Shown: one piece after another, positions 50,461 to 64,000 of the stretch
Layout: each line of letters begins with the position of its first letter
Numbering within the stretch: position 1 is the stretch's first letter
From: Eledone cirrhosa
Lineage: Eukaryota
Assembly (NCBI GenBank): GCA_964016885.1
Contig: OZ024741.1
Location: forward strand, 233,802,001-233,866,000
Length of the DNA: 64,000 nucleotides
Direction of reading: 5' to 3'
Translations under genes and position numbers: made by a program
The notes under the pieces: model-generated
Told to the model about the DNA's origin: nothing
The model's database searches: none
Seen by the model: only the letters and a program-made list of their open reading frames with translations

Positions 50461-51480
50461 GCAGAGCACAACCAAAACACTGTTCTGACCTAGCTGTAGA
50501 GTTTGTCACCCTTTCCCCATTCTTTCTTCCTTTGTCTAGTAGTCCTTGTTATTCCCCTACTTTTCCTCCCATTTATGGCATTTATAATCCTTTCCAATAC
50601 TGCTCTCTTTTTCTGTGTGCTTATATAACTCTTCTACAAAATAAAACTATATATATTTATGCTTTCAACTACTAAAAGAGAACTTAAGATTTCCAGAGAA
50701 TCATTGGTGATACCTGTCAATTCTGCCTTTACCACTGCCACTACTACTGCTACAATCACTGCTCTGACCTATGATGTTGCTCTAATTGGCCTTCTCTACC
50801 CCCCACCCGGGAGAGAGATATTATAATAAGTTTGTTTATAATACTTTTTCATACTCTCCAGCCATCTAATCAAATCGAATTTGGTTTGTTGATGGCTGAA
50901 GAGAAAACCTGGGCAGGGAAAGGATGAATGCTGAGGATTGCAGTGATTGGTTATTGGTGTGAGGTGAGAGAGAGATGAAGTGGTTTATTACTGAGATAAG
51001 GTGATAGTGAGGTGAAGTTATTGAATACTGATGTGAAGTAAAGTGATTGGTTACTGATGTAGTTCTGGGGTGACAAGAGTCTCAGTTGGGGATTGGTGAC
51101 AATACTGTGCTAATCAGTGGATTCTGTTGTAAAGAAATGGTGTTAAGAAAAGAAACAAAACAAAATTTGTCTCAGATATCTGAAGAGAAACTGAAGAATT
51201 TTATTGAAGATGTGGCCACTTGAAAGCATTATGTACTAAACTGTACTAATGTTGGTAAGTATGTGTTCTAGAATACCATCTTGAGACATTAAAAAAAAAA
51301 TCAACAACTGCAGGGAATAATATTGGCTGCCTTGCTATTTCACATAGAAGACATACAAATTAAGCAGACACACACAAAAAAAATGAAAAAAAAAAACTCT
51401 TACAAAGAAAGAAGTCTGTCCAATTGAATAAAGAAGACAAAAATGAATGCAGAAATTGCTTTTTCCATTATATTAGACAA

Positions 51481-53826
51481 CTATTTGATACCACTTGTTT
51501 CTGGGTTTTGATTTGTAATGTTCTTTGAAGGAGCGTGCATAGCTTGTAAGTTATTCCAAGGCAACTGTTTACCTTGTTTTACCCCACATGAATATGAACC
51601 TGCCATATTGGGCCAAGTGGAGGTGAGTAGTGGTGGCATAGGAAATCCCCGGGACCAAACATAATTGTTGTTCTCCCAGCTCTGAGGCAGGCTGCTGTGG
51701 AGATAGGGAGAAGTTGGTGCATGTGTTGGTGAAATATTTGACACCTGAGGTCGTACAGCATGAGGAAGAACTTGAGGTAAATCTCCATGTGGCTGGGAAA
51801 CAATACTCTGTTGGTGGTTTTGTTGTTGCAGAAGGCGATCAGTGACTTTCATACTGGACTTCTGTACATGTGATGATGATGATGACGGCATTTTGTTGGA
51901 ATGGTGTGTTCCTTGGTGTGACTGTGCAGTAGCTGGTGGAGATGAATTATATGACATCGGAGATTTGTCATGTCCAGAGTCTTTCATCAAAGTTGCTGGG
52001 GGTGAAGCAATATGAGGTTGTTGCTTTGAACCTGAAAAAACCTCCCCATCACAATTTCTGTTCCCACAGTCTTCATTATTACTAGCAAGTCTGTGATTCT
52101 TGCCACCCATATTAGAATTAACACCACCAGTTTCACTGCTCATTGATGATGCCATCGGGCATTTGTGGTTATTCAAGTTAGCTTTCTGTGCAAAATTCTT
52201 ACCACATTGGCCACAGGTGAAAGGCTTTTCTCCAGTATGAGTACGTAGGTGAGTCTTTAGATTGCCTTGTTGAGAAAATTTCTCATGACAAAATTCACAC
52301 TCAAATGGCTTCTCACCGGTATGCGTCCTCTCGTGAGTCTTAAGAAAAAATTGATTACAAAATGCTTTTTTGCAGAAACTGCAGAAATACAGGTCACCAG
52401 AATGTAACCGTTTATGATCATTGAGATTGTTTCGTTGTGAGAAAGCTTTATCACAGATGTCACAGATGAATGGTCTCTCTCCAGTATGGATTCTCAAATG
52501 TGTCTTTAAGTTGCCCCTTTGGGCAAACGTTTTATTACAAAATTGACAGTCATAAGGTTTATCCCCTGTGTGCACCCTCTCGTGATTCCGAAGAAAGAAT
52601 TCATTGCAGAAACCTTTCTTGCAAAAGGTGCAGTAAAATAACTCACCTGTGTGTATGCGCTCATGAATCTTCAAGAAGAACTGATTGCAGAAAGCTTTCT
52701 TACAATACTGACAAAAGAACAAGTTTCCAGTGTGTAATCTATTATGATCATTTAAACTGTTTCTTTGGGAGAAAGCCTTGCCACATACTTCACAGATAAA
52801 GGGTTTTTCTCCTGTGTGGATCCTCAGGTGTGTACGAAAATTCCCTCGCTGTGCAAACAGTTTGCCGCAATAGTCACAGGTGAATGGTTTTTCTCCAGTG
52901 TGAGATCTTTCATGGTTCTCAAGGAAAAACTGGTTGCAGAAAGCTCTCTTGCAGAACTTACAAAAAAACATGTTGCCAGTATGAAAGCGTTTGTGATCAT
53001 TTAAGCTGTTTCGTTGCGAAAATGCTTTAGAACATATATCACAGGTGAATGGTTTGTCTCCAGAATGGATACGGAGATGCAATTTCAAATTACCAGCTTG
53101 ACTGAATGCTTTATTGCATATAGTGCATTGAAATGGTTTTTCTCCAGTGTGTACACGCTGGTGATTTCGTAGATGGATCTGTTGGGCAAAACTTTTGTTG
53201 CATATATTACATGAAAATGGCTTCTCACCAAGATGTACTTGCTCATGAACTCTGAGTGCAAACTGCTTCGTAAAAACTTTCTTACAGAAAGCACACTCAA
53301 ATATAGTTTGATTGTGGCCAGGCAGCATCATGGTAGATGCTGGCATGGTTCGAGGGGTTGTAATCATTGGGGGTTGCGGGGACACTGATGTAAAAGCAGG
53401 ATGTGGCTGGGGTTGTAGTTGAGCTGCTTGAGGAGACTCATGGGATGCATGGCTACTGTTACTATCCAATGCCAGGGAGTCATTACGAGATATACAAGTG
53501 GAATCCTCAATGGGCTGTTGAGGAGCTGGAGGGACCATGTGATTATCTTGATTGTTATTGATAGGGATCTGGTTCTGCGAAGCACTTGAGAAATCTTCAG
53601 ATGCCACAGTAGCTGCAAATTCTTGTGCCACAGCACAATCTGTATTACTAGCTTCTGGAGTCTCCATTGGATTGCCTTCTACAGGTGGAGAACTAGAGTG
53701 CTGTTGAAATGATTTACCAGGTAGATTGCTTTTGTCATTGTTTTTCAAGTGGTTCATCTGATAAAGAGGTTGGTCATAGATGGCAGTTTGACTTGCAGCT
53801 GTGTATGGTGTTTGCACTGGATACAT
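51481..53826 (-). CDS. Single-exon C2H2 zinc-finger protein (13 C2H2 + 1 C2HC fingers; Gln/Pro/Ser-rich N- and C-terminal regions)
   Basis: Open 785-codon frame; first ATG (MYPVQ) at 53826; canonical TGEKP linkers. Confidence 0.93.
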   Translation of the reverse strand: MYPVQTPYTAASQTAIYDQPLYQMNHLKNNDKSNLPGKSFQQHSSSPPVEGNPMETPEASNTDCAVAQEFAATVASEDFSSASQNQIPINNNQDNHMVPPAPQQPIEDSTCISRNDSLALDSNSSHASHESPQAAQLQPQPHPAFTSVSPQPPMITTPRTMPASTMMLPGHNQTIFECAFCKKVFTKQFALRVHEQVHLGEKPFSCNICNKSFAQQIHLRNHQRVHTGEKPFQCTICNKAFSQAGNLKLHLRIHSGDKPFTCDICSKAFSQRNSLNDHKRFHTGNMFFCKFCKRAFCNQFFLENHERSHTGEKPFTCDYCGKLFAQRGNFRTHLRIHTGEKPFICEVCGKAFSQRNSLNDHNRLHTGNLFFCQYCKKAFCNQFFLKIHERIHTGELFYCTFCKKGFCNEFFLRNHERVHTGDKPYDCQFCNKTFAQRGNLKTHLRIHTGERPFICDICDKAFSQRNNLNDHKRLHSGDLYFCSFCKKAFCNQFFLKTHERTHTGEKPFECEFCHEKFSQQGNLKTHLRTHTGEKPFTCGQCGKNFAQKANLNNHKCPMASSMSSETGGVNSNMGGKNHRLASNNEDCGNRNCDGEVFSGSKQQPHIASPPATLMKDSGHDKSPMSYNSSPPATAQSHQGTHHSNKMPSSSSSHVQKSSMKVTDRLLQQQNHQQSIVSQPHGDLPQVLPHAVRPQVSNISPTHAPTSPYLHSSLPQSWENNNYVWSRGFPMPPLLTSTWPNMAGSYSCGVKQGKQLPWNNLQAMHAPSKNITNQNPETSGIK

Positions 53827-54181
53827 ATCTTCACACACTCACACTCTTCCACGTTCTCTCAACCTTCAGCTTTTATTTGTTTGTGTTTGTGTGTATAATA
53901 TATACATATATATATATATATATATTCTCTCTCTCTCTATATATATATATATTAAAATATATATATATATATATATATATATGATTATAGGTGTGTGAGG
54001 AGTTTGACTGTCTATAAATGTGTTTCTTTATCTACATATAAATTAGTGACGTTTAAAATGTGCACATATATGTTTCCACATTCGTTGCACTTTAAATAGT
54101 TTACTCAACAAATAAACTTCCTTAAGATATATTGGCAGATATGAAAGACAGTTGTCAGAGTAACACTGGTATATCACCTAA

Positions 54182-54213
<32 letters not shown>

Positions 54214-54698
54214 CATGTAGGATAAGGTTTGGACAGAAATATTGCTCCAGTTTAACACTCACCATTTGATAACCATAAAATGAGTCAGTCAAACTTCAGA
54301 CAAAAGCTTTCATAGCAAAATCAAATAATAATTATAACAATAATAATAATAGTAATAATAATGGTTATTGTGCTAATAACAACAATAACAATGATTGCGA
54401 TGATTTCACTAAGAAATACACAAGTTCATCTGAAGAGTGTCTATTACTTTTCATAAGAAATCTCACAAGTAGTAGAACTACTTCGGTAGTTGCAGAAGGG
54501 ACTGTGGAGGCCAGTTCTGATTGATTTTTTAATATTAGTGCAGACAGTCGACAGCCGGACTGATGAAATGACCAGACGTACATCACTTGGTTATTCGGTG
54601 ACCATCACATATGAGTGACAACATGGTTCTTGTTCTTAGGTCTCTTCCGTTTCAGCAAGACGAAGAAGCCCCGATGGGCTGGAGGCACAGTTCTAACA

Positions 54699-54730
54699 CT
54701 GGAATAAAATAAAAATAAAAAAGGGTAAAA
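54699..54730 (-). promoter_or_regulatory. Putative 3' splice acceptor upstream of the ZNF gene
   Basis: Minus strand ttttacccttttttatttttattttattccag| followed by higher-complexity sequence. Confidence 0.45.
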
Positions 54731-54944
54731 GTAATAGTTTCAGAACATAAGACAATAAGATTAGTCTTTATCTAGATAATCTCCAATCAACTCAATATAA
54801 TAATTAAACCTCTCTCAAATAATCTACTGCCTTTAGCCATTTCAATAGCACCCCAACCCACTCTATTTAAATTCACCACTGCTTAACCCATGTTATCAAA
54901 CATCATTGAAACCAACTACATGCAAGTGTTCATTTTTCAATTAA

Positions 54945-55145
54945 CCCTTTCACAACCAGCCAGAATTCTCTCACCTCTTTCTGTTCAAACTGGCCATAAC
55001 CAGCTGCTCATACTTATGTTAAGGTATTGTTCTCAAAAATATCAAAATCTCGTTAGATTCAATATTATGTGAAATAATTGTGTGTGGTAAAGCCTTTACC
55101 ATGAAAATACAATAGTAAATATAGAGTAATGTAAATGCTAAAGAG
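54945..55145 (-). mobile_element. piggyBac-like MITE (TTAA flanks), older copy
   Basis: ttaa-cccttt ... taaatgctaaagag-ttaa; internal match (reverse) to 56858-57068. Confidence 0.65.
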
Positions 55146-55199
55146 TTAAAACATTGATAAAATCTCATTAATAAGCTGTATATACTCATGTATATGAAA

Positions 55200-55540
55200 G
55201 CAAATGGCTTAGTGGTTAGAGCTTTAGACTTGCAATTGAGAGGTTGTAAGTTTGATTCTCAGACTGAGCTTTGCATTGTGTTCTTGAGCAAGACACTTTA
55301 TTTCAAATTGCTCCAGTTCACTCAGCTGTAGGAATGAGTTTTGACGTCACTGGTGCCAAGCTGCATCAGCCATTGCCTTTCCATTGGACAACATCGGTGG
55401 AGTGGAGAGGAGTGACTGGTATGCATGGGTGACTGCTGGTTTTCCACAAACAACCTTGCTCAGACTTGAGCCTCGGAGGGGAACTTTCTAGGTTCAAATT
55501 CCATGGTCATTCATGATTGAAGGGGGTCTTTAACCTTTCA
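55200..55540 (+). mobile_element. tRNA-derived SINE (related copies on - at ~32150-32310 and ~61025-61162)
   Basis: A-box-like tggcttagtggtta, B-box-like gtttgattc, then the conserved ttgagcaagacactttatttca core. Confidence 0.75.
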
Positions 55541-55719
55541 CTTATGTATACTCTGACTATTTTTTGCTCTACGAAAATATGACATAAAAACCAGCATGTG
55601 GTGATCTATAAACCTTGATTCAAATCAAGTACTGAGCCAAGAATGTTGTATCTAAAATGGAGGTGTGCCTTTACTAGTGCAAAACATATACATAAGTGTA
55701 TACAGTACTATATTAACTA

Positions 55720-55880
55720 TGGGTGGAAAATTGGCAGTGTCATTGGAGCGTTGGATAGAATGCTTTGAGGTATTCATTCCAGCTCTCTGCGTTCTGAGTT
55801 TAAATCCTACTGATGTCAACATTGCCTTTTGTACTTTCAAGGTCGATAAATAAAGTATAAATCCAGTACTGGGGTTGATT
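55720..55880 (+). mobile_element. SINE with Deu/Nin-domain-like core (also ~27215-27325)
   Basis: gttctgagtttaaatcc..ttgcctttt..ggtcgataaataaagta. Confidence 0.6.
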
Positions 55881-56857
55881 ATTCCTCTGTATCTCTTTCA
55901 CATTTCCTCTATCATTCTGTGTCTCTCTTTCTCTGCAAGAAATCGACTGTGCCCAGATTTGGAGGGACAGGAGAAGGCTCCACCAAATTTAAATTGCCCT
56001 AACACCCTTACAACTCCACCAAGAGTTACAGGTCCACATATACACACTATTAATTAACTAGAGTAGTTCTGAGGCAAGAAATCTATCCTAATTTTATGTT
56101 AAGACTCTTTAGTTACTTCTGTATTTCAAAAAACATTCTGGTAAGTTTCATATTCCAAAGTCGACACACCAATAAATAAAACCAGTTATTTATTAGACAA
56201 GTTAGTTCATGGGTCAATATAGTAACTTGTCTAGCAAGAAATAGTGAGTGATCTTGAAATTACATCATACTGTTTTTAAAGACCATGGGATCGCCATAGT
56301 TAGAATGTTTTTGATCATAAATCTGCTCACTCAGGCTGTCATAGAGCTAAACAATAAAAATAACAATAGTTATTTTACTAAATCCCCTCCAAATTTTCAA
56401 TCATTTTGAAAATTAATTGAAGCACAGCAGTGTGTCCTTGTTTGGAATATTATCACATAAAGGAAAAATGTGAACCACATGTTTTAGTCCATACTAAGAA
56501 CAGGAACTTGTCAAATGTTTTGTTCAACCACCTGTTCCAATAGAATGATCCCCACAATGACATGAGAGAATATCCTTCCTACTTCTAAACATTCATCTGT
56601 CAGGAAAGAATGGTACCTGCTGGACACCAGGTTGCATGAGCTAATCTTACCTAAGAACAGATCTTACCTAAGAACAGATCACAACAACAAAATATATGGC
56701 ATATACATGGAGATGGAAAGAAAAAAGACAAATTAATGAAAAGTGATAAATATAGATTTGAGTATATAAGAAGTATTTCTAAGGAGTTACACTATTCTTA
56801 TCGTCATATTACATATTGATATGTGTTGGACAGATCTCACAGCGTCTATCACTTTAA

Positions 56858-57068
56858 CCCTTTAGCATTTACATTATTCTATATTTACTATTGTATTTTC
56901 ATGGTAAACAGTTTATCTTACATAATTATCTCACATAATATCGAATCTATGAGATTTTTATGTTATTTATTTCAAGAACAATATCTTAATATAGGTATGA
57001 GTGGCCAGTTACAACAGAAAGAGGTGAGACAGTTCTGGCTGGATATGGCTGGTTTAAATGCTAAAGGG
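56858..57068 (+). mobile_element. piggyBac-like MITE with TTAA TSD
   Basis: TTAA-ccctttagcattta ... taaatgctaaaggg-TTAA (14-bp perfect TIR). Confidence 0.85.
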
Positions 57069-59344
57069 TTAAATGATTCATTGCCATCTAGTTCACATAA
57101 TGACAGACAAAACCGCCAATCTTTATTGTTGTATATTTCATGTTTTCTTTTCCTTGGCATGATTTTTACAACTAGATGCACTACAGCATGGACTGGTACA
57201 TTTTATTGCACCATCAGAACTAGAGAGGTTTTTGTTTGCGACAGGACTAATAAGTCCCCTTTACCCAGTCACTGTATATATGTTTTTTTTTGTTTTCAGT
57301 TACCGCTCTCCTAGACAAGTTGCCTTCATTGCAGCTTATGCAATCCATGTCTCTTCTGTTCATTCCTGTGAGATGATGGAGCCCATGTAGATAGCAGTGA
57401 TTACAAATGATCACCTATGAAACATTACAATGCCTGAGAATAGCAATGAACATCTAGTATAAACAAGAAGCTATAATAAAGTAAATATATTTGGAAACAG
57501 CAGAAATTGTGGTTTAGGTATCTTAATGAAGAAAACTAAAGGATAGAAGAGATTTATAACAGATAAAGACACATGAAACCTGTCATTATGCAACATCTGG
57601 GTACAATAGTGAGTGTTAATAGGTGGATACTAGAGAAGAGTTATACCTGGGTACAACAGCAAGATTTACACAATTTCTCATAGGTCACATAACAGAAGCA
57701 GCAGGGGATAGACACACATACACTGTGTTGTGTGTGTGTGTACGCATATGTATCATCATCATTTAACGTGTTTCTCTTGCTAGTAAGAGTTGGATGGGAT
57801 GTTATAGACCAAGTCAGTACTTAATTAGCGCTACTGACCTGTCAGATAAACCAGGGGTCTGCTTCTCACATATGCTCCCACACATGCATTGCATTTTAGT
57901 ACCAACTCTAGGGAGGCTGAAGACTTCCCCAACACTTTGTGTTGCAGGTTTTCTATGGCTGGACTGGATGCCCTTCCTATCACCAACAATTTTATATGGT
58001 TTACTACGTGCGTTTATTGTGCAGAGCACAAACACTAAGGAGTTCTCTCTACACTTTTAGGGGTGGAGGGTATAGGAAGTATGCTATGGGTAAAGGGTAA
58101 TATGAGAGGGAAGAGATGTATAATATCACTGATATATGATGGGTGTGGTAGGAATTGACCAGGTGATGAGAGGAGAGGTGGGAAGGGTGAAGCTTGGGTA
58201 ATACACTGATAGTGCAAGCAGCCACTTAAGAGTTATGACTGGTGCTTTAGGACTATGGACACACACCTAAATACACTCACTTACATACATAATTAAATAC
58301 ACACATACACACAACACTGTGTGCATGTGTGTGCACAAGAAATGTAGTAGGATATCAAGTAAGCTAACAAATAGTGTAGAGTTTGTTTGTAGCAGATGCA
58401 CAGGAGTAGTAAACAGCAAGAACACACATAGAACTGGCTTTATCAAAATGCCATTACAGATATGAGTCATGGATATTAACGAAAACCCTTACAAAGAAGC
58501 TCAATGGCTCATACACACAAATATGCTGAGAAAGGTCCAGAACATCTCCTGGAAAGTACATGTAACAAATAAATTGCTCTACAGTTCACATCCTTGCCTT
58601 CTTGACATCATAAAGTGATGGAGGCTCACATTTGCTGAACATGTGACACATCACAATAAACCTGCCAGCAGAGTTCTTCTCTCTGGAATCCAGATGTGTG
58701 CAAACAATTTGGATAGACCGAATATCACAAGTCCTTGAGGGTTGAAATTCCAGAGTAACAAGACTCATCACTTAGCCATAATGAAAAATATTTAAACATT
58801 TTTTGGTACTGAGTACTCATCTTCTCGTCCATCAATATCACACACACACACACTAATTTGCAACACCAATCTGACCTCTTTCATAGCTTCATTGACTTCA
58901 AAAAGGCCTTTGAACAAGTCTGGTGCAAGGGTTTCTGGCAGGTGATAAATGATTACAACTTTGGCAACAACCTCATCTAAGTAATCCAAACACTGTACAA
59001 AAACTCAAACATGGCAGTTCTCCTGAATAACAATATCGTGCAAGAGGCTCTCCAATACTTTCACACCTACAATGCTGGTACAGTCACATATATTGCTATG
59101 ACTCACTGTCTAAAACCAACATTCAGGGCACAGTTGAGGGAGGGTGAAGAAGAAGCAGAAAAGAAAATTTTGGTCGGACTACAACAAAGACTGGACAGGT
59201 CACAACACCATGACCCTTCTATGCATGACAGAGAATAGAGACCAGTAACGACTGTTAACTGTGAAAATGTCTAGAGTGGCACTCCAATGACTGATTGCAC
59301 CAATAGCAAGAACTTGAAATTGATATATATATATATAAACATAT

Positions 59345-59775
59345 TCATCATCATTGTTTTATCCCCATTTTTCCATGCTGGCATGGGTTAGACAAGTTGT
59401 TCTGTTTTGGGAAATTTTACGTCAAGTAACCATATCTTGTTCATACAGAACTGATTTTGGCTTGGTTTCTATAGCTGGACACCATTCCTAATGCCAACCT
59501 CATTTACAGTGAGTACTGGGTGCTTTTTGTTGTGATACCTCCATGAGCACTTTACAGTGTTTCGGCCTGTCCTCATGAGAGATGTATGGAAGGGTGGGAT
59601 TGGGTGGTGCATACTGTATATATGCTTCAGCTTCGACCTGTGCCTGTGGGAAATTGGGTTTTCAGTATTACCGCATAACGCCAGCGATCTCGGTCCTGTG
59701 TCATTGCCTTTGTGAGATGCAATTAGTCAAGGTCAGCTTTTATCACTTCATCCCAAGTCTTCATGGGTCTCCAGT
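59345..59775 (-). mobile_element. Decayed RTE 3' end
   Basis: Reverse complement similar to 16230-16667. Confidence 0.7.
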
Positions 59776-59789
59776 GAGCAGAAAAGTTC

Positions 59790-60110
59790 ATAGGTGGAGT
59801 GATGCTAGAGCTGTGAAATTTTGAAAGCATTGTTTCTTTCCAGGTAAACTGACATCTGACTGTTCAAAGAAGACTTCAAAAGTAACTAGTAGTGACTCCT
59901 CTTGAAACTGGACAAAATTTGGCATTGAGGTGTTATAAGAAATTCTTGCTGATATGATCACTACACTGTAAAGTGCTTTATCAACTGTGCAAAAGTGGAC
60001 AGCTGAATTTATGAGGGGAAGGGAGAATCTTGAAAATGACCCAAGGTCTGGACGTCCTGCAAGGAAATCATTGATTGTGTTCACCACATGGTGATGGATG
60101 ACAGGCAATT
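59790..60110 (+). mobile_element. Mariner N-terminal (HTH) relic
   Basis: Remnant ALSTVQKWTAEFMRGRENLENDPRSGRP. Confidence 0.6.
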
Positions 60111-60675
60111 TTAGCATCTTATTTGCATAGATTTTGAAGTTGGTGAAAATTGCAAAATATCGACCACGAATATAGGTCAACCCCTGTTTTATCATGGATT
60201 TTTTTGTTAGATATTTCTTGGCATATATTCAAGTATATACGGTAAGTCTTTGAAAAGGCTATAAAGTCATGTTTGTGCCACTCATGTATCATTAAATTGA
60301 GATGAAGTCATTATGTATGTATATATATATATGTATGTATATGTACAGGAAACGTTCAAGGAAACCAATTGGATATGCCTCCAACAATGTCAGATTTTCC
60401 AATGATGTGATCAGCCTTGTGTGCTATTGATCAAGTATCAAAAAACATGGCAACCAATAAGCATGCCAAATTCATTGTGTAGAATATTCTCAACTCTTTC
60501 ATGTGATATGCTAATTACATGGATTATTTGATTTATAGTCAATCACCATACAGTGAACAGGATCAATTGATTTATAGTCAATCACCATGCAGTGAACACG
60601 ATCAATGTTTTCCTCGTAAGGTGGCAGTTGTAATATATATGTGTATATATATATATATGTGTGTGTATATATATA

Positions 60676-60736
<61 letters not shown>

Positions 60737-60815
60737 ATATATATATATGTGTATATATATATATATATGTGTATATGTGTATATATATATATATATGTGT
60801 ATATATATATATATA

Positions 60816-60868
<53 letters not shown>

Positions 60869-61158
60869 ATCACCATTCATTTCATTTTATGTCCGCTTTT
60901 TCCCTGCTTGCAAGGGTGGGACGGGAACTGATTCTGGCTTCATTTACAGTGAGTGCTGGGTGCTTTTTTGCCGTGGCACCTCCACGACCACTTTGCAGTG
61001 GAATGATAGGGACCCCAGTCCCTATCATCTCATTTCTACAGGTGAGTAAACTGGAGCAATGTGAAATAAAGTGTCTTGTTCAAGGAAACAACACATCACC
61101 CGGTCTGAGAATTGAACTCACAACCTTTCGATTGCAAGGCCAATGCTCTAACCACTAA

Positions 61159-61224
<66 letters not shown>

Positions 61225-61239
61225 CATATATATATATAT

Positions 61240-61458
61240 AGTAATAATAAATTTGAAGATTAAAATCCTAAGAGGGCTCGATAAGGATAAATATTTATCA
61301 AATATATAAGAACCGTGGACCAAATATTTATTAAAATAACAAATTAAAGTTTAAGCAAAGAATCGCTGCTTTCACCCTTAAAAGATTTTTCAGAAGATCC
61401 CGTTAAGGGTGAAAGCAGCGATTCTTTGCTTATACTTTAATCTGTTTTTTATAAATTT
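61240..61458. mobile_element. Palindromic PLE pLTR remnant (same family as 18020-18180) with hammerhead-like motif at 61387-61435 (+)
   Basis: aagcaaagaatcgctgctttcacccttaa / ttaagggtgaaagcagcgattctttgctt arms; CAGAAGA core identical to the 18131 copy. Confidence 0.8.
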
Positions 61459-62082
<624 letters not shown>

Positions 62083-62083
<1 letters not shown>

Positions 62084-62790
62084 TCATCATCATCATCATC
62101 ATCAACGTTTAACGTCCGTGTTCCACGCTTGCATGGGTTTGGACGGGGGTAGTCCCACTTGAGGCAAGAGTGATTGTCTTGCTCGCATAGGACTGTCTGG
62201 CAGGTTTTCTACAGTTGGATGCCCTTCCTAACACCAACCACATTTACAGTGTGGGTCTGGGAGGTTTTTACCGTGTTGCCTACACGGCCACATTACAGCG
62301 TGGACTGTGTGTTTTTTTGTCGTGACACCTACACGATCTCATTTGTTTCGGCCTCGATGGCGCGGCACCAACATAACTTTACATAGAACGGGGTGGTGTG
62401 GATGGGGTAGGGGTGGGGGTGGTGGGACGGGGTGTATTTTGTTAGGGATGCCTACTGGCTGGAGTAGGTTTTACTATATATTTAGGTAAGGCGGGTCTTC
62501 TCTGTTACTGAGTACCGCCAAAGGTCTCGGTCCAGTGACATTGTCTTGGAGAGGTGTAAGTGTGTGATGTCGGAGTTTATCAGCTCGTCCCAGGTTTTTC
62601 TAGGTCTGCCTATTCCGTGACTACCGTCTATCTTTATTGCCCTGCACTTTGTTATACAGCTATCGACTTTCATGCGCATCACGTGTCCATACCAACGTAG
62701 CCTTCTCTCGAGTAAACAACATCTGATCCCTCTTATCTCTAATTTTTTCCTTAGTTCGTTTATGCTTTGCCGTTCACGTATATTACTGTT
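62083..62790 (-). mobile_element. RTE LINE 3' fragment
   Basis: MRMKVDSCITKCRAIKIDGSHGIGRPRKTWDEL + 3' UTR + (cat)n. Confidence 0.9.
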
Positions 62791-62826
62791 ATATATATAT
62801 ATATATATATATGTAAATATATATAA

Positions 62827-62890
<64 letters not shown>

Positions 62891-62894
62891 ATAT

Positions 62895-64000
62895 ATCATC
62901 ATCATCATCATCATAGTTTAACGTCCATGTTCCACGCTTGCATGGGTTTGGACGGGCGTCTTCCCACTTGAGGCAAGAGTGGTTGTCTTGCTCGCATAGG
63001 ACTGTCTGGCGGGTTTTCTACAGCTGGATGCCCTTCCTAACACCAACCACATTTACAGTGTGGGACTGGGAGGTTTTTACCGTGTTACCTACACGGCCAC
63101 ATTACAGCGTGGACTGTGTGTTTTTTTTGTCGTGACACCTACACGATCTCATTTGTTTCGGCCTGGATGTTGTGGCCCCAACACAACTTTACATTGAAAG
63201 GGGCGGTGTGGTGGGACGGGGGTGTATTTTGTTAGAGATGCCTACTGACTGTAATAGGTTTTACTTTGTATTTAGGTAAGGCGGGTCTTCTCTATTACTG
63301 AGTACCGCCAAAGATCTCGGTCCAGTGACATTGTCTTGGAGAGGTGTAAGTGTGTGAGGTCGGAATTTATCAGGTCGTCCCAGGTTTTTGTGGGTCTGCC
63401 TACTCCGTGGCTACCGTCTATCTTTATTGCCCTGCACTTTTTTATACAGCTGTCGTCTTTCATGCGCATTACGTGACCATAACAACGTAGCTTTCTCTCG
63501 AGTAAACAACATCTGATCCCTCTTACTTCTAATTTTTCCCTTAGTTTGTTTATGCTTTGCCGTTCGCGTATATTACTATTACACACCCAGTGGAGCATGC
63601 AAGCTTCGTTCCTCTCCAGTCTGCGTATATTCTCTGCACACAATGCCCAGGTCTCACTGCCATGCAACATTGCTGTTCGTATGCAGGCATCATACAGCCT
63701 GCCTTTCATTTTTAGGGAGAACCCTTTAGCGGCTAATAGTGGTATAAGCTCTTAGAACTTTTTTCATCCAGTTCTGACTCTAGCTACTGTACTTTCAGAG
63801 CACCCTCCCCCACTGCTGATTTTGTCACCCAGATAACGGAAGCTGTCCACTATTTCTATAGAACCCTCTGCGCAATTGAAAGAGCTAGTATTTTGTGGGC
63901 GCTTGCTGCTACTTATTGCACCAGAGGACCGGCCATGTGTAAAATTTATGTTCTTAGTTAGCTTACCTATGATCCCACTACATCTTTTATGCACCCATAC
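62895..64000 (-). mobile_element. RTE LINE 3' portion (continues beyond the window)
   Basis: HKRCSG..FRYLGD.., MKGRLYDACIRTAMLHGSETW..GRPTKTW + 3' UTR. Confidence 0.92.

Noticed and set aside
60528-60606. Two ~38-bp direct repeats (also a 17-bp duplication at ~56644-56680) as a CRISPR-like array
   Set aside because: Adjacent tandem duplication without spacers, in eukaryotic DNA

Overview
Eukaryotic, very AT- and microsatellite-rich invertebrate DNA. The repeat repertoire and the long single-exon C2H2 gene suggest an octopus or other cephalopod genome (inference). Most of the window is transposon-derived: one full-length RTE-clade LINE with an intact 1039-aa ORF plus many decayed copies and 3' tails, a near-full-length CR1/L2-group LINE with a CCCH-finger ORF1, three Penelope-like elements (PLEs), CRE- and R4/Dong-type fragments, mariner relics, MITEs and tRNA-derived SINEs. 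Host genes are a cluster of three intronless CARD+Death-domain (CRADD/RAIDD-like) paralogs (one intact, one Death-domain-only, one frameshifted) and a 14-finger C2H2 zinc-finger gene with a three-finger periodicity. The most unusual signals are several hammerhead-ribozyme folds with non-canonical cores (one with a U3-A8 compensatory pair) in PLE ends and non-coding fold-back elements, and two histone-type 3' stem-loops inside a TIR element. All motif calls and alignments were made by eye, so the boundaries of decayed elements are approximate.
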